A stretch of 64,000 nt of DNA from Macrostomum lignano (GCA_002269645.1 NIVC01000578.1:324549-388548), one strand, 5' to 3'. Positions 35,001-50,200 are shown, counted from the stretch's first letter. Made by a program: numbers and translations. The notes: a model not told the origin generated them from the sequence alone.

Positions 35001-38000
35001 TTTTTTAATACTATATAATTATTACTTTCGATACACATCGGCTTCAAAACAACGAAAGTGCTTAATTCAATCACATCAGGCAGGTTATTTATATTTCGAT
35101 ACATATCGCTTAAACAGAGCTTCTCGGTTTTATGGTCGTCGAAAAAATGAGAATCAGACTTGAAAACATTTCTTACAACTAGGCTATAGACATAAGAGAT
35201 CTAGCGAGTGATTTTTCGATACATATCGGTCGATCTTGACGGAGCAAACAAAATAAACAAACAAAATAGAACAGCTTAACATTTTCAGCCTCAAAGACTG
35301 GCTTCATCAATCACACTAAAGTGATAATAAGTTTGAAAACAATAAAAAGTGAAATTTGCAACTCAAAACAAACGATTTGATATTCATTCGCCTTACCACT
35401 TGCAGAATAGCCCACATCACTGTCGTCTGGATTTCAAATTGGTCCAACACAGTTTGTAAAATTCAGTTCGTGCATAAAAGCCGGGACAAATATAAGTTGA
35501 CTAATCATACTACTTAACAAACATAAGTAGTAAGTAGCTTATCGACAAATCACCAAAATTTACCTCGTCCGAGAAGTCGCTCTCGCGGTCGCACAGAGAC
35601 TCGCCCTCTTCGGCCAGCTGCTTGACGTCGCCGAGGCGATTGCGCAGCTGGTCGCTCATCTCGGTGGCGCGGTCGCAGAAGCCGGCGATCTCGTCGGGCT
35701 GCACCGGGCGGCTCATCAGGTTGTCGATCTCCAGCACGCCATCGTCGATCCACGACTTGATGGCCTGCTTCTGCTTCATGAAGGCGAAGAAGTCGTGCGC
35801 CTCCTCCAGCTGGCGAACCCGGGCCTTCTGCAGCTCATCGAGCTCCTCGAACTTGTCCTCCACAACCTGCTGGCGGTCGGCGACCCGCTCCGCGTTGTCC
35901 TGGAAACAGCGGTTGGAGGCAGATGGAACAGGTGCAAATGCAACCAAAGCAACCATTGCTATGCAGACTTATGCAGAAACGGTGACTTTTTGTTGCTATA
36001 GCAACGGTTGTTATGTTTATTTATTTCCATAGCAAATATTGCTACGTTGGTTACCATAGCAACGGTTGCAAATTTCGTCAACATAGCAAATATTGCTACG
36101 TTGGTTACCATAGCAAATATTGCTACGTTGGTTACCATAGCAACGGTTGCCATTTTATCAACATAGCAAATATTGCTACGTTGGTTACCATAGCAGCGGT
36201 TGCCATGCAGACTAACAGAGCCTAACTAGAAGCCAACCTTATCCAGCTTAGACTTCAAATCGTCCGCCCGAGACCGCAGCTGCTGAAGGCTCTCATCCAG
36301 CAGGCCGAGCTCCTCCACGAACAGCGCGTGCTTCTTCGTGTGCTTGTCCAGAGCATCGAGGTCGCGGCCAACCTCGGTGGGAATTGAGCACTTCTTCTCG
36401 TCCAGGCGCTGGCAGAATTCACTCACGTCTTTGTTGTACTCGTGAATCTCCAGGGCCTGCGGGGAGCAGGAAAACAAAATCTAATGTTGAATTGGGGACC
36501 CGGGATCATCAGACCGAGACCTGGGATCATCAGACCGAGACCTGGGATCATCAGACCGAGACCTGGGATCATCAGACCGAGACCTGGGATCATCAGACCG
36601 AGACCTGGGATCATCAGAACGAGATCTGGGATCGTCAGACCTAGAGCCGGGATCATCATCAGACCTAGAGCTGGGATCATCATCAGACCTAGAGCCGGGA
36701 TCATCATCAGAACTAGAGCTGGGATCATCATAAGACCTAGAGCTGGGATCATCATCAGACCTAGAGCCGGGATCATCATCAGACCCTGGGATCATCATCA
36801 GACCTAGAGCTGGGATCATCATCAGACCTAGAGCCGGGATCATCATCAGACCTAGAGCTGGGATCATTATCAGACCTAGAGGTGGGATCATCATCAGACC
36901 TAGAGCTGGGATCATCATCAGACCTAGAGCCGGGATCATCATCAGACCTAGAGCTGGGATCATCATCAGACCTAGAGCCGGGATCATCATCAGACCTAGA
37001 GCTGGGATCATTATCAGACCTAGAGCTGGGATCATCATCAGACCTAGAGCTGGGATCATCATCAGACCTAGAGCCGGGATCATCAAAGGTAGCAAAAATG
37101 ATTCCAGCTTAGGCCAGGCGCACCTTAGCCAGGTTCTTCTCCCTGGAGTCCACGCAGTCAGCCAGCTGGCCCCAGTAGTCCTCGAGGTCGCGCGACTTCT
37201 TGAGAATATCTGCCGCATTTGGGTTGCCGCCGGAGATGAGCGCCTCGGCGCGGGAAGTCAGCGCGGCGACTTTGGCCTGGCCTGGCGCCACATTGGCAGC
37301 GAACTGGTCGAAGGCGGCCTGCAGCTGCTTGCAGTGATCGAAGTCGGTGCCGAAGTCCTGCGAGGCGGCCGTGACGAGCTGGGCGTCAATCCATTCTCGA
37401 GCGTCGGAGACGTCCTGCAGGTAGGCTGAGTAGTCCCGCCTGCCCGTGAGCTCCTTGCGCTCGGCGCGGGACCGCTTGCTGAGTTCGGCCAGCTTGGCCT
37501 CCAGGTCGGCGTGCCTGCGGCGGCGTACAGCATGGCAACTGTAGATGCTCTAGCCCACTATGTTTTGCATGTAAAATACCAAGCCTTCATAAAGTACATT
37601 TAAAAGTTCAAATAAGTATTATCTACAAAAAGGCACTGTTACTATACGCATTTTTAAAGTACAAATTGGGTAACAATGAAGGCCGATTTCCAGGAAACAA
37701 AGAAAAGCACCCCGTTGTCACAAATTTAAATTTTTTTTTCATTTTCCAACTTCTATCGATGGCAGTATCCAAGGAAAAGATTTCGTTGCTATGGATACAA
37801 AATGAAATGTTTCAAAGGCGTCACCGAATCTAATACCGTATCTAAGGAGAACAGTCCGTTGCTATGGATACAAAACAAAATTTTTGAAGGCCTATTTTCC
37901 AAAATTTAAGAGGCGGTATCCAAGTCAAGGCGTAAATGATTTATGAGAAACTTAATAGACTAACTTGGGTGTAAATACAAAAGAAGACATAATCAAGCGA

Positions 38001-41000
38001 AATATAAAAAGTACATTATGTTGCTACGGACGCTCGCTTAGCTCACCTAGCAACCAGCCAGTCCAGCTCGGGCGCGCTGCCCAGCTGATCCCGCCGCTTG
38101 CCCAAGTCGGCCAGCTGGCCCCGAACCGAGCCGAGCTCCTCCTCCAGAGCGGCCAGCTTCTTCAAGTTCTTGTCCACGGCAGCCGGGTCCTTGGCCTCCG
38201 GCAGGGTGCTCAGCACCAGAGTGCAGTCGGCCAGGCGCTGGTCAATGTCGCCCAGATCGGCAGAGTACTGCTGAACGGCCACGGCGGCCTGCAGCTGGCG
38301 GTCCCTGGCGGCCAGCGACTGGTCCAGACGGCTGACGCGGTTGCGCAGGTTGTCGGCCAGCTCGGCAGCCGGCTTGGCGTAGCGACCCTTGGCGTCGGCG
38401 AGCGGCTTGGCTGCCGACAGAACCTGGGAGGATGATGGCGCGCGGATATCAGGTTTGATGATCATCTATCTATACTGATATGTATCGATTTTTCAGATTT
38501 AACATTATGTAGCCCATTTTAACAACACTCTAATTAACTCATCTACCGATATGTAGCGCTTTATTCATCATTTCAAATAGTAGGCCCAGCAATTGATATA
38601 ATCTACTATTCTACGAGCGTACTATTGTCTACCGATATGTGGCGCTTTAATAATCATTTTAAATAGTACGCCTGGCATATTGATGCACTACAAGTTTACA
38701 ATAGTCTACCGATATGTAGTGCTTTAATTATCATTTCCAATAGTAGGCTTAGTAAAATGATAATCTACGAATCTACCATACCTACCGATATGTGTTGGAG
38801 ATACAAATGAAAGTCTAACGATGACATCAGTATTAAAAAATAAACTCTCAGCTCTCACCTTATCAAACGCCGGTCGGTGATTGTCCACCTCGTGCTGCAG
38901 GTTGGCGTGCTTCTGTTTCAGCATCTGAGCCTCATCAAGGCTGCGGCCAAGCCAGTCGGTCTGGCCGTCCTGCGGCAGCCTAGGCGTGTGCTCATCGATC
39001 CACTGCGCCTCGCGCTCCTTGTCGAACTCGAGCTGCCTGAAGGCCAGCGCCTCCTCCAGCTGGGCGCGCCGCTGATCCATCTTGGGCTGCAGCTTGTCCA
39101 GCGCCGCCTGCCTGTCGTGCACCGCCTGCAGGATTTTGTCTGCGTCGTAGTGGCCGCGCTTGGCCAGCGAGTCGCCGCGCTTGGCGAGGTCGGCCAGCTG
39201 CTTGCCGCACTGGGCGAGGCTGGCCTCCATGCTCTGCAAAGGCGGAGTGAAATGGGGGTGGTGGAGTGCCAGGGAGAGATGGTGGAGTGACAGGAAGAGA
39301 TGGAAGAGACTGAAGTGACAAAAGAGACACAGGAGTGACCAAGAGACACTGGAGTGACAAAGGAGGCACTAGAGTGACAAAGGAGGCACTAGAGTGACAA
39401 AGGAGGCACTAGAGTGACAAAGGAGGCACTAGAGTGACAAAAGAGGCACTAGAGTGACAAAGGAGGCACTAGAGTGACAAAGGAGGCACTAGAGTGACAA
39501 AGGAGGCACTAGAGTGACAAAGGAGGCACTAGAGTGACAAAGGAGGCACTAGAGTGACAAAAGAGGCACTAGAGTGACAAAGGAGGCACTAGAGTGACAA
39601 AGGAGGCACTAGAGTGACAAAGGAGGTACTAGAGTGACAAGGGAGGCACTAGAGTGACAAAGGAGGCACTAGAGTGACAAAGGAGGCACTAGAGTGACAA
39701 AGGAGGCACTAGAGTGACAAAGGAGGCACTAGAGTGACAAAGGAGGCACTAGAGTGACAAAGGAGGCACTAGAGTGACAAAGGAGGCACTAGAGTGACAA
39801 AGGTGGCACTAGAGTGACAAAGGAGGCACTAGAGTGACAAAGGAGGCACTAGAGTGACAAAGGAGGCACTAGAGTGACAAAGGAGGCACTAGAGTGACAA
39901 AGGAGGCACTAGAGTGACAAAGGAGGCACTAGAGTGACAAAGGAGGCACTAGAGTGACAAAGGAGGCACTAGAGTGACAAATGAGACAGGCACTGCAGCA
40001 AAATAGAGGGTGCACCTTCTGCCTGTCCAGCATGTTCCTGGCCGAGCGCAGGTCCTTGCCATCGTCGGTGCGCCCGGCTTCTTTGTCCAGCTTGTCCAGC
40101 AGGTCGCCGCATTCGTCCAGCTCGCGCAGCAGCTCCTGCTCTTGGAGTGCTTCGTCAATCTCGGCACCCTTTTGCCCGGTCTTGGCTTCCAGGTCCTGCC
40201 AGGCCTTCTCCAGCCGGTCCATATAGGCCTGCGCCTGCGGCGACTTCGGGTGCTTCTTGGCTTTCATGTCGGCCGCATCCTGCGAGGGTCCGGACGAGAC
40301 GGATTGAGATTAAGGATAGACTGTAAAATTAATGGAAAAGGATTATCTGGAAGAGAAGACAAAGACAGCACTAGAATCGGACAGTGCAGCACAAAGACAT
40401 CAGCACTATAATCGGACAGGGCAGCACAAAGACCTTAGAATCGGACAGAGCGGCACAAAGACCTCAGCACTAGAATCGGACAGAGCAGCACAAAGACCTC
40501 AGAATCGGACAGAGCAGCACAAAGACCTCAGCACTAGAATCGGACAGAGCAGCACAAAGACCTCAGAATCGGACAGAGCAGCATAAAGACCTCAGCACTA
40601 GAGTCGAACAGAGCAGCACAAAGACCTCAGCACTAGAATCGGACAGAGCGGCACAAAGACATCAGCACTATAATCGGACAGAGCAGCACAAAGACCTCAG
40701 CACTATAATCGGACAGAGCAGCACAAAGACCTCAGCACTAGAATCGGATAAAGCAGCACAAAGACCTCAGAATCGGACAGAGCAGCACAAAGACCTCAGA
40801 ATCGGACAGGGCAGCACAAAGACCTCAGAATCGGACAGAGCAGCACAAAGACCAGATCTCCCACTAAAGACTAATCCATTTACCTTCCGCAGTTTCTCCA
40901 GCGTCGGCTTGTGCGCGGCCAGCTCAGACTCGAAGGCGCGGTGCCGCTGCTTCTTGGACGGCAGGTTGGCCAAGTCCCGGTGCGACTGGTCCTCGGCCGC

Positions 41001-44000
41001 GATGCGCTTCTCGGCCAACCACTCGGCCAGCTCGTCCGCCTGCGCCTTGAACTTGGCGAACACAGCCGCAGACTCAAGCTCGTCACGCTTAGCATGGCAA
41101 CGCGACTTGGCCTTCACGACGGCCTCGTCCAGGGCGCGCAGGCGCTGGTCGACTCGCTCGACGTCGACCGGCTGGCAGGTGGCGCGGACGGCTTTGCCGC
41201 GGTCGGCGAGGTCCTCGGCGTTGTCCGAGTACTGCTCGAGCTTGGAGGCGGCGCTCTCGAGCTCGGACAGCTGGGCGCGCAGCTGGTCGGGAGTTTCGGC
41301 CGGCTGCAGGTTGCCAAGGCGGGTCTCCACGTTGTTGAGTTTGGTGAGCAGCTGGTCCGCCGAGCTCAGGAATTTGCGCAGATTCTCAGCGTTGTCGCGC
41401 TCGCGCTTGCGCTTGGCCTGGGCGGCCTCGAGCTCCTGCGGTGGGTGGCCGGGGTGCCCGTGAGTTGGCGGTTGGCTTAGGGGCCATTCTCTACAGTCGC
41501 TTGATAGGGACGATTCATAAGCAGGGAGATTCCTTAGCAGGGAGATTCTTAAGCAGGGCAATTCCTAACCATGGCAATTCCTAAGCAGGGAGATTCCTTA
41601 GCAGGGAGATTCCTTAGCAGGGCGATTCCTAACCATGGCAATTCCTAAGCAGGGCGATTCCTAAGCAGGGAGATTCCTTAGCAGGGCAATTCCTTAGGCA
41701 GGGCAATTCCTAAGCAGGGCGATTCCTAAGCAGGGAGATTCCTTAGCAGGGCAATTCCTTAGGCAGGGCAATTCCTAAGCAGGGCGATTCCTAAGCAGGG
41801 CGATTCCTAAGCAGGGCGATTCCCAAACAGGGCGATTCCTAAGCAGGGCAATTCCCAAGCAGGGCGATTCCTAAGCAGGGAGATTCCTAAGCAGGGCGAT
41901 TCCTAAGCACGGAGATTCCTAACTGGGCGATTCTTTAACAGGGCGATTCCTTAGGCAGGGCGATTCCTAAGCAGGGCGATTTCTAAGCAGGGCGATTTCT
42001 AAGCAGGGCGATTTCTAAGCAGGGCGAATTCCTAAGCATAGAGATTCCTGACTGGGAGATTCCTTAGGCAGGGCGATTCCTAAGCAGGGCGATTCCTAAG
42101 CAGGGCGATTCCTAAGCATGGAGATTCCTAACTGGGCGATTCTTTAACAGGGCGATTCCTTAGGCAGGGCGATTCCTAAGCAGGGCGATTCCTAAGCAGG
42201 GCGATTCCTAAGCATGGAGATTCCTAACTGGGCGATTCCTAAGCATGGAGATTCCTAACTGGGCGATTCCTAAGCATGGAGATTCCTAACTGGGCGATTC
42301 CTAAGCAGGGCGATTCCTAAGCACGGAGATTCCTAACTGGGCGATTCTTTAACAGGGCGATTCCTTAGGCAGGGCGATTCCTAAGCAGGGCGATTTCTAA
42401 GCAGGGCGAATTCCTAAGCATAGAGATTCCTGACTGGGAGATTCCTTAGGCAGGGCGATTCCTAAGCAGGGCGATTCCTAAGCAGGGCGATTCCTAAGCA
42501 GGGCGATTCCTAAGCATGGAGATTCCTAACTGGGCGATTCTTTAACAGGGCGATTCCTTAGGCAGGGCGATTCCTAAGCAGGGCGATTCCTAAGCAGGGC
42601 GATTCCTAAGCATGGAGATTCCTAACTGGGCGATTCCTAAGCAGGGCGATTCCTAAGCAGGGCGATTCCTAAGCAGGGCGATTCCTAAGCATGGAGATTC
42701 CTAACTGGGCGATTCTTTAACAGGGCGATTCCTTAGGCAGGGCGATTCCTAAGCAGGGCGATTCCTAAGCAGGGCGATTCCTAAGCAGGGCGATTCCTAA
42801 GCATGGAGATTCCTAACTGGGCGATTCCTAAGCAGGGCGATTCCTAAGCAGGGCGATTCCTAAGCAGGGCGAATTCCTAAGCATGGAGATTCCTAACTGG
42901 GCGACTCCTTAGCAGGGCAATTTTATTTTCCCGTAAAGACGACTCTGCAGTACATAATCTTAGACAGCTAACACAATGCACTGCGAGGATTCTATGGCTG
43001 TGCCTGAACCAGGCCGCTCGGCTCACCTCTCGCCTGGCCTTCAGCTTGGCCTTCAACGCCAGCAGCTGCGGATCGTTGGGATTTTTCTCCAACAGTTTGT
43101 CAACCGCCTTCTCCAGATCCTCGGTCTGGGCCAGCAGCTGCGCGATGTCTTCGTCTGAGATGTCGCCGAGGGTTGGGCGGCGCTTCCTGCTGGGGCTGTC
43201 GGGCAGGGAGGCGGTGCCGCTCAGCACGGCCTCGATGGCGTCCTCCAGCTCGTCCAAGCCCTTTTTGGTCGCCGCGTCCAGCGCCAGCTTGTCGCGCTTG
43301 TTCTCCAGATCGGCGTCGCGCTTGTTGGCCAGGGCGGACACCTGACGGGTTTAAGGAAATAGCGTGATTTATGATGCCAACTGTGTAAGTCACAGGTAGT
43401 CAGGAGAGTAGGTCAGGTAATCAGGTGGGTCAGGTAGTCAGGAGAGTAATACAGGTGGGTCAGGTAGTCAGGAGGGTAATTCAGGTGGGTCAGGTAGTCA
43501 GGAGAGTAATACAGGTGGATCAGGTACTCCGGAGGGTGATTCAGGTGGGTCAGGTACTCCGGAGGGTGATTCAGGTGGGTCAGGTAGTCAGGAGGGTAAT
43601 TCAGGTGGGTCAGGTAGTCAGGAGGGTAATTCAGGTGGGTCAGGTACTCCGGAGGGTGATTCAGGTGGGTCAGGTAGTCAGGAGGGTAATGCAGGTATTT
43701 CAGGTAGTCAGGAGGGTAATTCAGGTGGGTCAGGTAGTCAGGAGGGTGATTCAGGTGGGTCAGGTAGTCAGGAGGGTAATTCAGGTGGGTCAGGTAGTCA
43801 GGAGGGTAATGCAGGTATTTCAGGTAGTCAGGAGGGTAATTCAGGTGGGTCAGGTACTCCGGAGGGTGATTCAGGTGGGTCAGGTAGTCAGGAGGGTAAT
43901 TCAGGTATTTCAGGTACTCAGGAGGGTCAATCAAGTGGGTCAGGTAGTCAGGAGGGTAATTCAGGTGGGTCAGGTAGTCAGGGGGGTAATTCAGGTGGGT

Positions 44001-47000
44001 CAGGAAAGCAAGTCAGGCAAATTGTCAGTTGGCTAATTAGTTTAGATGAGGCCTGTACAATAGCACTGCACACCTCATCAAGCAGCTTGTGCAGCTGCGC
44101 GAGTTTGTCGTCAATGAAGGCGGCCTCGCTGGGGTGCACCTCCTTGATAGCGCGGCCCTCGTAGTCCAGCTCGCCGACCCGCTTGCGCAGCAGATCCAAG
44201 TCGCGCAGCAGGTTCTTGTGCCGGGTGATGAGGCCCGCATTGGCGGCCTGGTCGAAGCCGAGGTCGGCGAATTCCGCCAGCAGGTCGCGCTTCTCCTCCA
44301 GCTGATCCTTGGCTTCCTGGGCGCGCTTGGCGAAACGCTCGATGCTGGAATGGTGCGGACATGCTCTTGGTAGTTTGCATTGCTACAGGCATCATGCTAC
44401 TAACAGTAGTTTGCATTGCTACAGGCATCATGCTACTAACAGTAGTTTGCATTGCTACAGGCATCATGCTACTAACAGTAGTTTGCATTGCTACATGCAT
44501 CATGCTACTAACAGTAGTTTGCATTGCTACAGGCATCATGCTACTAACAGTAGTTTGCATTGCTACAGGCATCATGCTACTAACAGTAGTTTGCATTGCT
44601 ACAGACATCATGCTACTAACAGTAGTTTGCATTGCTACAGGCATCATGCTACTAACAGTAGTTTGCATTGCTACAGACATCATGCTACTAACAGTAGTTT
44701 GCATTGCTACAGGCATCATGCTACTAACAGTAGTTTGCATTGCTACAGGCATCATGCTACTAACAGTAGTTTGCATTGCTACAGGCATCATGCTACTAAC
44801 AGTAGTTTGCATTGCTACATGCATCATGCTACTAACAGTAGTTTGCATTGCTACAGGCATCATGCTACTAACAGTAGTTTGCATTGCTACAGGCATCATG
44901 CTACTAACAGTAGTTTGCATTGCTACAGACATCATGCTACTAACAGTAGTTTGCATTGCTACAGGCATCATGCTACTAACAGTAGTTTGCATTGCTACAG
45001 GCATCATGCTACTAACAGTAGTTTGCATTGCTACAGGCATCATGCTACTAACAGTAGTTTGCATTGCTACAGGCATCATGCTACTAACAGTAGTTTGCAT
45101 TGCTACAGACATCATGCTACTAACAGTAGTTTGCATTGCTACAGGCATCATGCTACTAACAGTAGTTTGCATTGCTACAGACATCATGCTACTAACAGTA
45201 GTTTGCATTGCTACAGGCATCATGCTACTAACAGTAGTTTGCATTGCTACAGACATCATGCTATTAACAGTAGTTTGCATTGCTACAGGCATCATGCTAC
45301 TAACAGTAGTTTGCATTGCTACAGGCATCATGCTACTAACAGTAGTTTGCATTGCTACATGCATCATGCTACTAACAGTAGTTTGCATTGCTACATGCAT
45401 CATGCTACTAACAGTAGTTTGCATTGCTACAGGCATCATGCTACTAACAGTAGTTTGCATTGCTACAGACATCATGCTACTAACAGTAGTTTGCATTGCT
45501 ACAGGCATCATGCTACTAACAGTAGTTTGCATTGCTACAGGCATCATGCTACTAACAGTAGTTTGCATTGCTACAGGCATCATGCTACTAACAGTAGTTT
45601 GCATTGCTACAGGCATCATGCTACTAACAGTAGTTTGCATTGCTACAGGCATCATGCTACTAACAGTAGTTTGCATTGCTACAGGCATCATGCTACTAAC
45701 AGTAGTTTGCATTGCTACAGGCATCATGCTACTAACAGTAGTTTGCATTGCTACAGACATCATGCTACTAACAGTAGTTTGCATTGCTACAGGCATCATG
45801 CTACTAACAGTAGTTTGCATTGCTACAGGCATCATGCTACTAACAGTAGTTTGCATTGCTACAGGCATCATGCTACTAACAGTAGTTTGCATTGCTACAG
45901 GCATCATGCTACTAACAGTAGTTTGCATTGCTACAGGCATCATGCTACTAACAGTAGTTTGCATTGCTACAGGCATCATGCTACTAACAGTAGTTTGCAT
46001 TGCTACAGGCATCATGCTACTAACAGTAGTTTGCATTGCTACAGGCATCATGCTACTAACAGTAGTTTGCATTGCTACAGGCATCATGCTACTAACAGTA
46101 GTTTGCATTGCTACAGGCATCATGCTACTAACAGTAGTTTGCATTGCTACAGACATCATGCTACTAACAGTAGTTTGCATTGCTACAGGCATCATGCTAC
46201 TAACAGTAGTTTGCATTGCTACAGGCATCATGCTACTAACAGTAGTTTGCATTGCTACAGACATCATGCTACTAACAGTAGTTTGCATTGCTACAGGCAT
46301 CATGCTACTAACAGTAGTTTGCATTGCTACAGGCATCATGCTACTAACAGTAGTATGCATTGCTACAGGCATCATGCTACTTACAGTAGTTCAGATGGAC
46401 ATCAGTTCATCCCGCAATTTTAAAGAAGCACAAAACTTACCTGGATGAGTCGGCCAGCTTCTTCTCCTTTGCGATCTTCAACTTGTTCAGGCGGTCCCAT
46501 CTGCAAAATAAATCAGTCAACCTGGTAAATTTCTAGAAACTATAAAGCACATGGAATTGCAAGCAAAATCCAACCTCGTCATGATGTCCTGATGAACTGT
46601 CTTCACTCGATCGCGGTTGACAACGCTAAAATTGGAAATGTTCCATTTTGAAAACATTAGTAGTACGAGTACGCTTGTAAACTCAAAAGTACACGCACAT
46701 ATTTTAAGTGCAAGTGTATTTTTATTGTTTGGTAATAATGCGAGTAGATTGCGAAATAGCACATAGATTATTGTTAAAACACATTAACAACACTATTGAT
46801 ATCAAGACACACACACACACACCTGTCCTGTCCGGCCTTCAAAGCCGATTTAGCGTCGGTAGCGGCAGTTCGCGGGCTCAGCAGTTCCTGCGCCAGCTGG
46901 TCGATCTCATCCAGCCTGGCCTTGTTGGCCGTCATCTCCTGGAAGTGCTTCTCGTAGCGCTTCTTGATTGCCGCCGAGTTGTCGGCCAGCGATTCGTCGG

Positions 47001-47156
47001 ACGCGAACACGGCCTCTTTGTCCGATAGCCAGGCCTGGAAGGCTGTGGCCAGCTGGAAGAACTGGTATTGCTTGGCCGAGTCCTGCGAGCGTTGGGGGGA
47101 TTACTTGAGTGCAGTGCCACTGACAGACAGACAGACAGGCAGACAGACACACAGGC

Positions 47157-47211
<55 letters not shown>

Positions 47212-50200
47212 GACAGACAAGCCTCACCTGCAGGTCTCCAGCCCGGCCCTCGGCCAGGCGCACCAGCTGCTCGAACTGCATGTCCACCTCGCCCATCCGC
47301 TTGGCGATGTTCTCCTTGTCGGCGTGCAGCGTCTCAGCCGTGCGCAGCGAGGGCCGCCTGACCAGCCCGGCTGCCCGCTTCCGGCGCCCGGCCGCGCTAG
47401 TGGCGCCCTTGCCAGCGGCGCCCTTCGCCCGGCGCCGCCGCTGATTTCGGAGGCGCGCTTGTACACGGTGCGAGTCTTGGCCACTTTGCGCTGCACTTCG
47501 ACAGTTTTCGGCACTCGCACAGTGACGGTGGCCGGGGAAATCTCGGCCAGGTAGATGGCGGGCAGGAAGCCGCGCTTGCCCGTTTCCAGGTCACGCACTG
47601 AGAACCAGTCATTGTTCGTCTTCTGCACCAGCTCGAATACGTCGCCCTTCTCTGCGCTGAGATCGCGCTGCTTGGGATCTCTGGCCTGCACATCGGGAGT
47701 TCGAGTGAAGTATGACTGAGGCTCAGCTTGGAATTTAAAGGCTCAGCTTGGAATTTGAAGGCTCAGATTGGGATTTGAAGGCTCAGATTGGGATTTGAAG
47801 GCTCAGATTGGGATTTTAAGGCTCAGATTGGGATTTGAAGGCTCAGATTGGGATTTTAAGGCTCCAATTGGGATTGGAAGGCTCAGACTGGGATTTGAAG
47901 GCTCAATTTAGGGTTTGAAGGCTCAGATTGAGATTTTGAGACTCAGACAGGGATTTGAAGGTTCAAATTGGGATTTGAAGACTCCAATTGGGATTTGAAG
48001 GCTCAAATTGGGATTTGAATGCTCAAATTGGGATTGGAAGGCTCAGACTGGGATTGGAAGGGTCAGACAGGGGTTTGAAGGCTCAGATTGAGAGTTGGGA
48101 GTAAATCTAGTTCAGAGAAAGTTTTTAGCCCATTCGGAGACTCACCTGGTAGGCGTGGTTAACCATGACCCTCTGCACTCGACGCGTCTCCTCGGCATCC
48201 TCCACCCGGGTCTCGGTCACTGTATCCTCGTACGGCTCCTCCACGGCCACCAGCGGGTCCTCCTCTTCCTCAGCGTCCGCGGCGCTGTCCGCCTCCGACC
48301 GCTGGGCCGCCGCCTCGCCCACCTTGGCGGCGTCGATCTTGTGCTTGTCGGCTGACTCAGTCAGCAGGGTGGCCATCCGCCTCAGGTTGGTCAGTTCGCC
48401 CTCATCGCTCCCGCCAAAGTTGTCCAGCTCCTCGCGCAGGTAGCCCAGCCGTTTCAGCAGGGCGCGAGCAGAGCCGACGTCTTCGCCGAGGTCGCGGCTG
48501 CGCACCACCGGCATGAGGCCGTTCATGTAGTCCTCGGCCTCGTTAGCCGCAGAGTAGAACTGCTGCGCCTCAAATATGTCCGTGACCTTCACCTGGTGGG
48601 CCTTCAGCAGCTGCTGCAGCTTCTCCCAGTCTTTGCGCAGCGCGGCCAGCCGGCTGCTAATGGCTTTCTGCTTGTCCGGGCTGGCCGCCAGCCGGCCCTT
48701 CATCTCTTCGCCTGCCGCGCACAGGTGAGCGAATTTCACCTGGAAGGATGAGGCGGACAGAGGTCGTTGTTGAATCGGCCCACTACCGCCCACGCAATCA
48801 GTCCACTACCGCCCACGCAATAAGTCCACTGCCAACCACGCAATCAATCCACTACCGCCCACGCAATAAGTCCACTGCCAACCACGCAATCAGTCCACTG
48901 CCACCCACGCAATCAGTCCACTGCCACCCACGCAATCAGTCCACTGCCACCCACGCAATCAATCCACTGCCACCCACGCAATCAGTCCACTGCCACCCAC
49001 GCAATCAGTCCACTGCCACCCACGCAATCCAGCCACTACTCCCAGTTAAAACTCACAGATCTCCGATGCGACAGCTCGGCCTCTTCAACCTTCAGTCGGT
49101 TGATCATCTTGCGAGCCGAGCGCAGATCCTTGCAGTTGACGTCGGCCTGCAGCACGGAGCGCTTGTCGGCCAGCCAGGCCTCCTCGTCCTCGCAGCTGTT
49201 CATGAACTGGTAATAATCCCTGCTGAGCTCGAGTTCGGCCCGCCTGTCAGCAAACAGATTCATCAGGGCCTGGTATTCTTCCTCTAAAGCGAACAGGTTG
49301 CGACTCAGCGACATTGCGGGCGTGCCTTTGGAGCGGGCGCTGAACAGCTTCTTGGCGCGACCGTTCAGTCTGTCAATCTGATCGTGCACGGCTAGCAGCT
49401 CCTGTGCAAAAAATTGTAGGTTACTGTGAGAGCTCATGCATTCATGAGGTTACTAAGGGTGCTCATAGATACCAGGTAGCCATGACAGCTCATGCAATGA
49501 CAGCTAACACGATGACAGCTCATACAAAGACAGCTTATACAAAGACAGCTCATGCAATGACCGCTCATACAATGACAGTTAATTCGATGACAGCTCATGC
49601 AATGACAACTCATACAGTGACAGCCATACAATGACAGCTCATACAATGACAGCTCATACAGTGACAGCTCATGCAATGACAGCTCATACAGTGACAGCTC
49701 ATGCAATGACAACTCATACAGTGACAGCTCATACAATGACAGCTCATACAGTGACAGCTCATGCAATGACAGCTCATACAATGACAGCTCTTGCAATGAC
49801 AGCTCATACAATGACAGCTCTTACAATGACAGCTCATGCAATGACCGCTCGTACAATGACAATTAATCCGATGAAAGCTCGTACAATGACAGCTCATACA
49901 ATGACAGCTAAAACAGTGACAGCTCATATAATGACAGCTCATATAATGACAGCTCATACAGTGACAGCTCATACAATGACAGCTCATACAGTGAAAGCTC
50001 ATGCAATGACAGCTCATACAATGACAGCTCATACAGTGACAGCTCATACAGTGACAGCTCATACAATGACAGCTCTTGCAATGACAACTCATACAGTGAC
50101 AGCTCATACAATGACAGCTCATACAGTGACAGCTCATGCAATGACAGCTCATACAATGACAGCTCATACAATGACAGCTCGTACAATGACAGCTCATGCA

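Noticed and set aside
31335-46385. CRISPR-like regular repeats
   Set aside because: Head-to-tail units with no unique spacers, no cas genes, and a eukaryotic intronic context.
44111-46448. ORFs of 695-754 aa in several frames
   Set aside because: They are translations of the 36-bp intronic array, whose unit is a multiple of 3 and lacks stops in those frames. There is no splice or start context and no domain.
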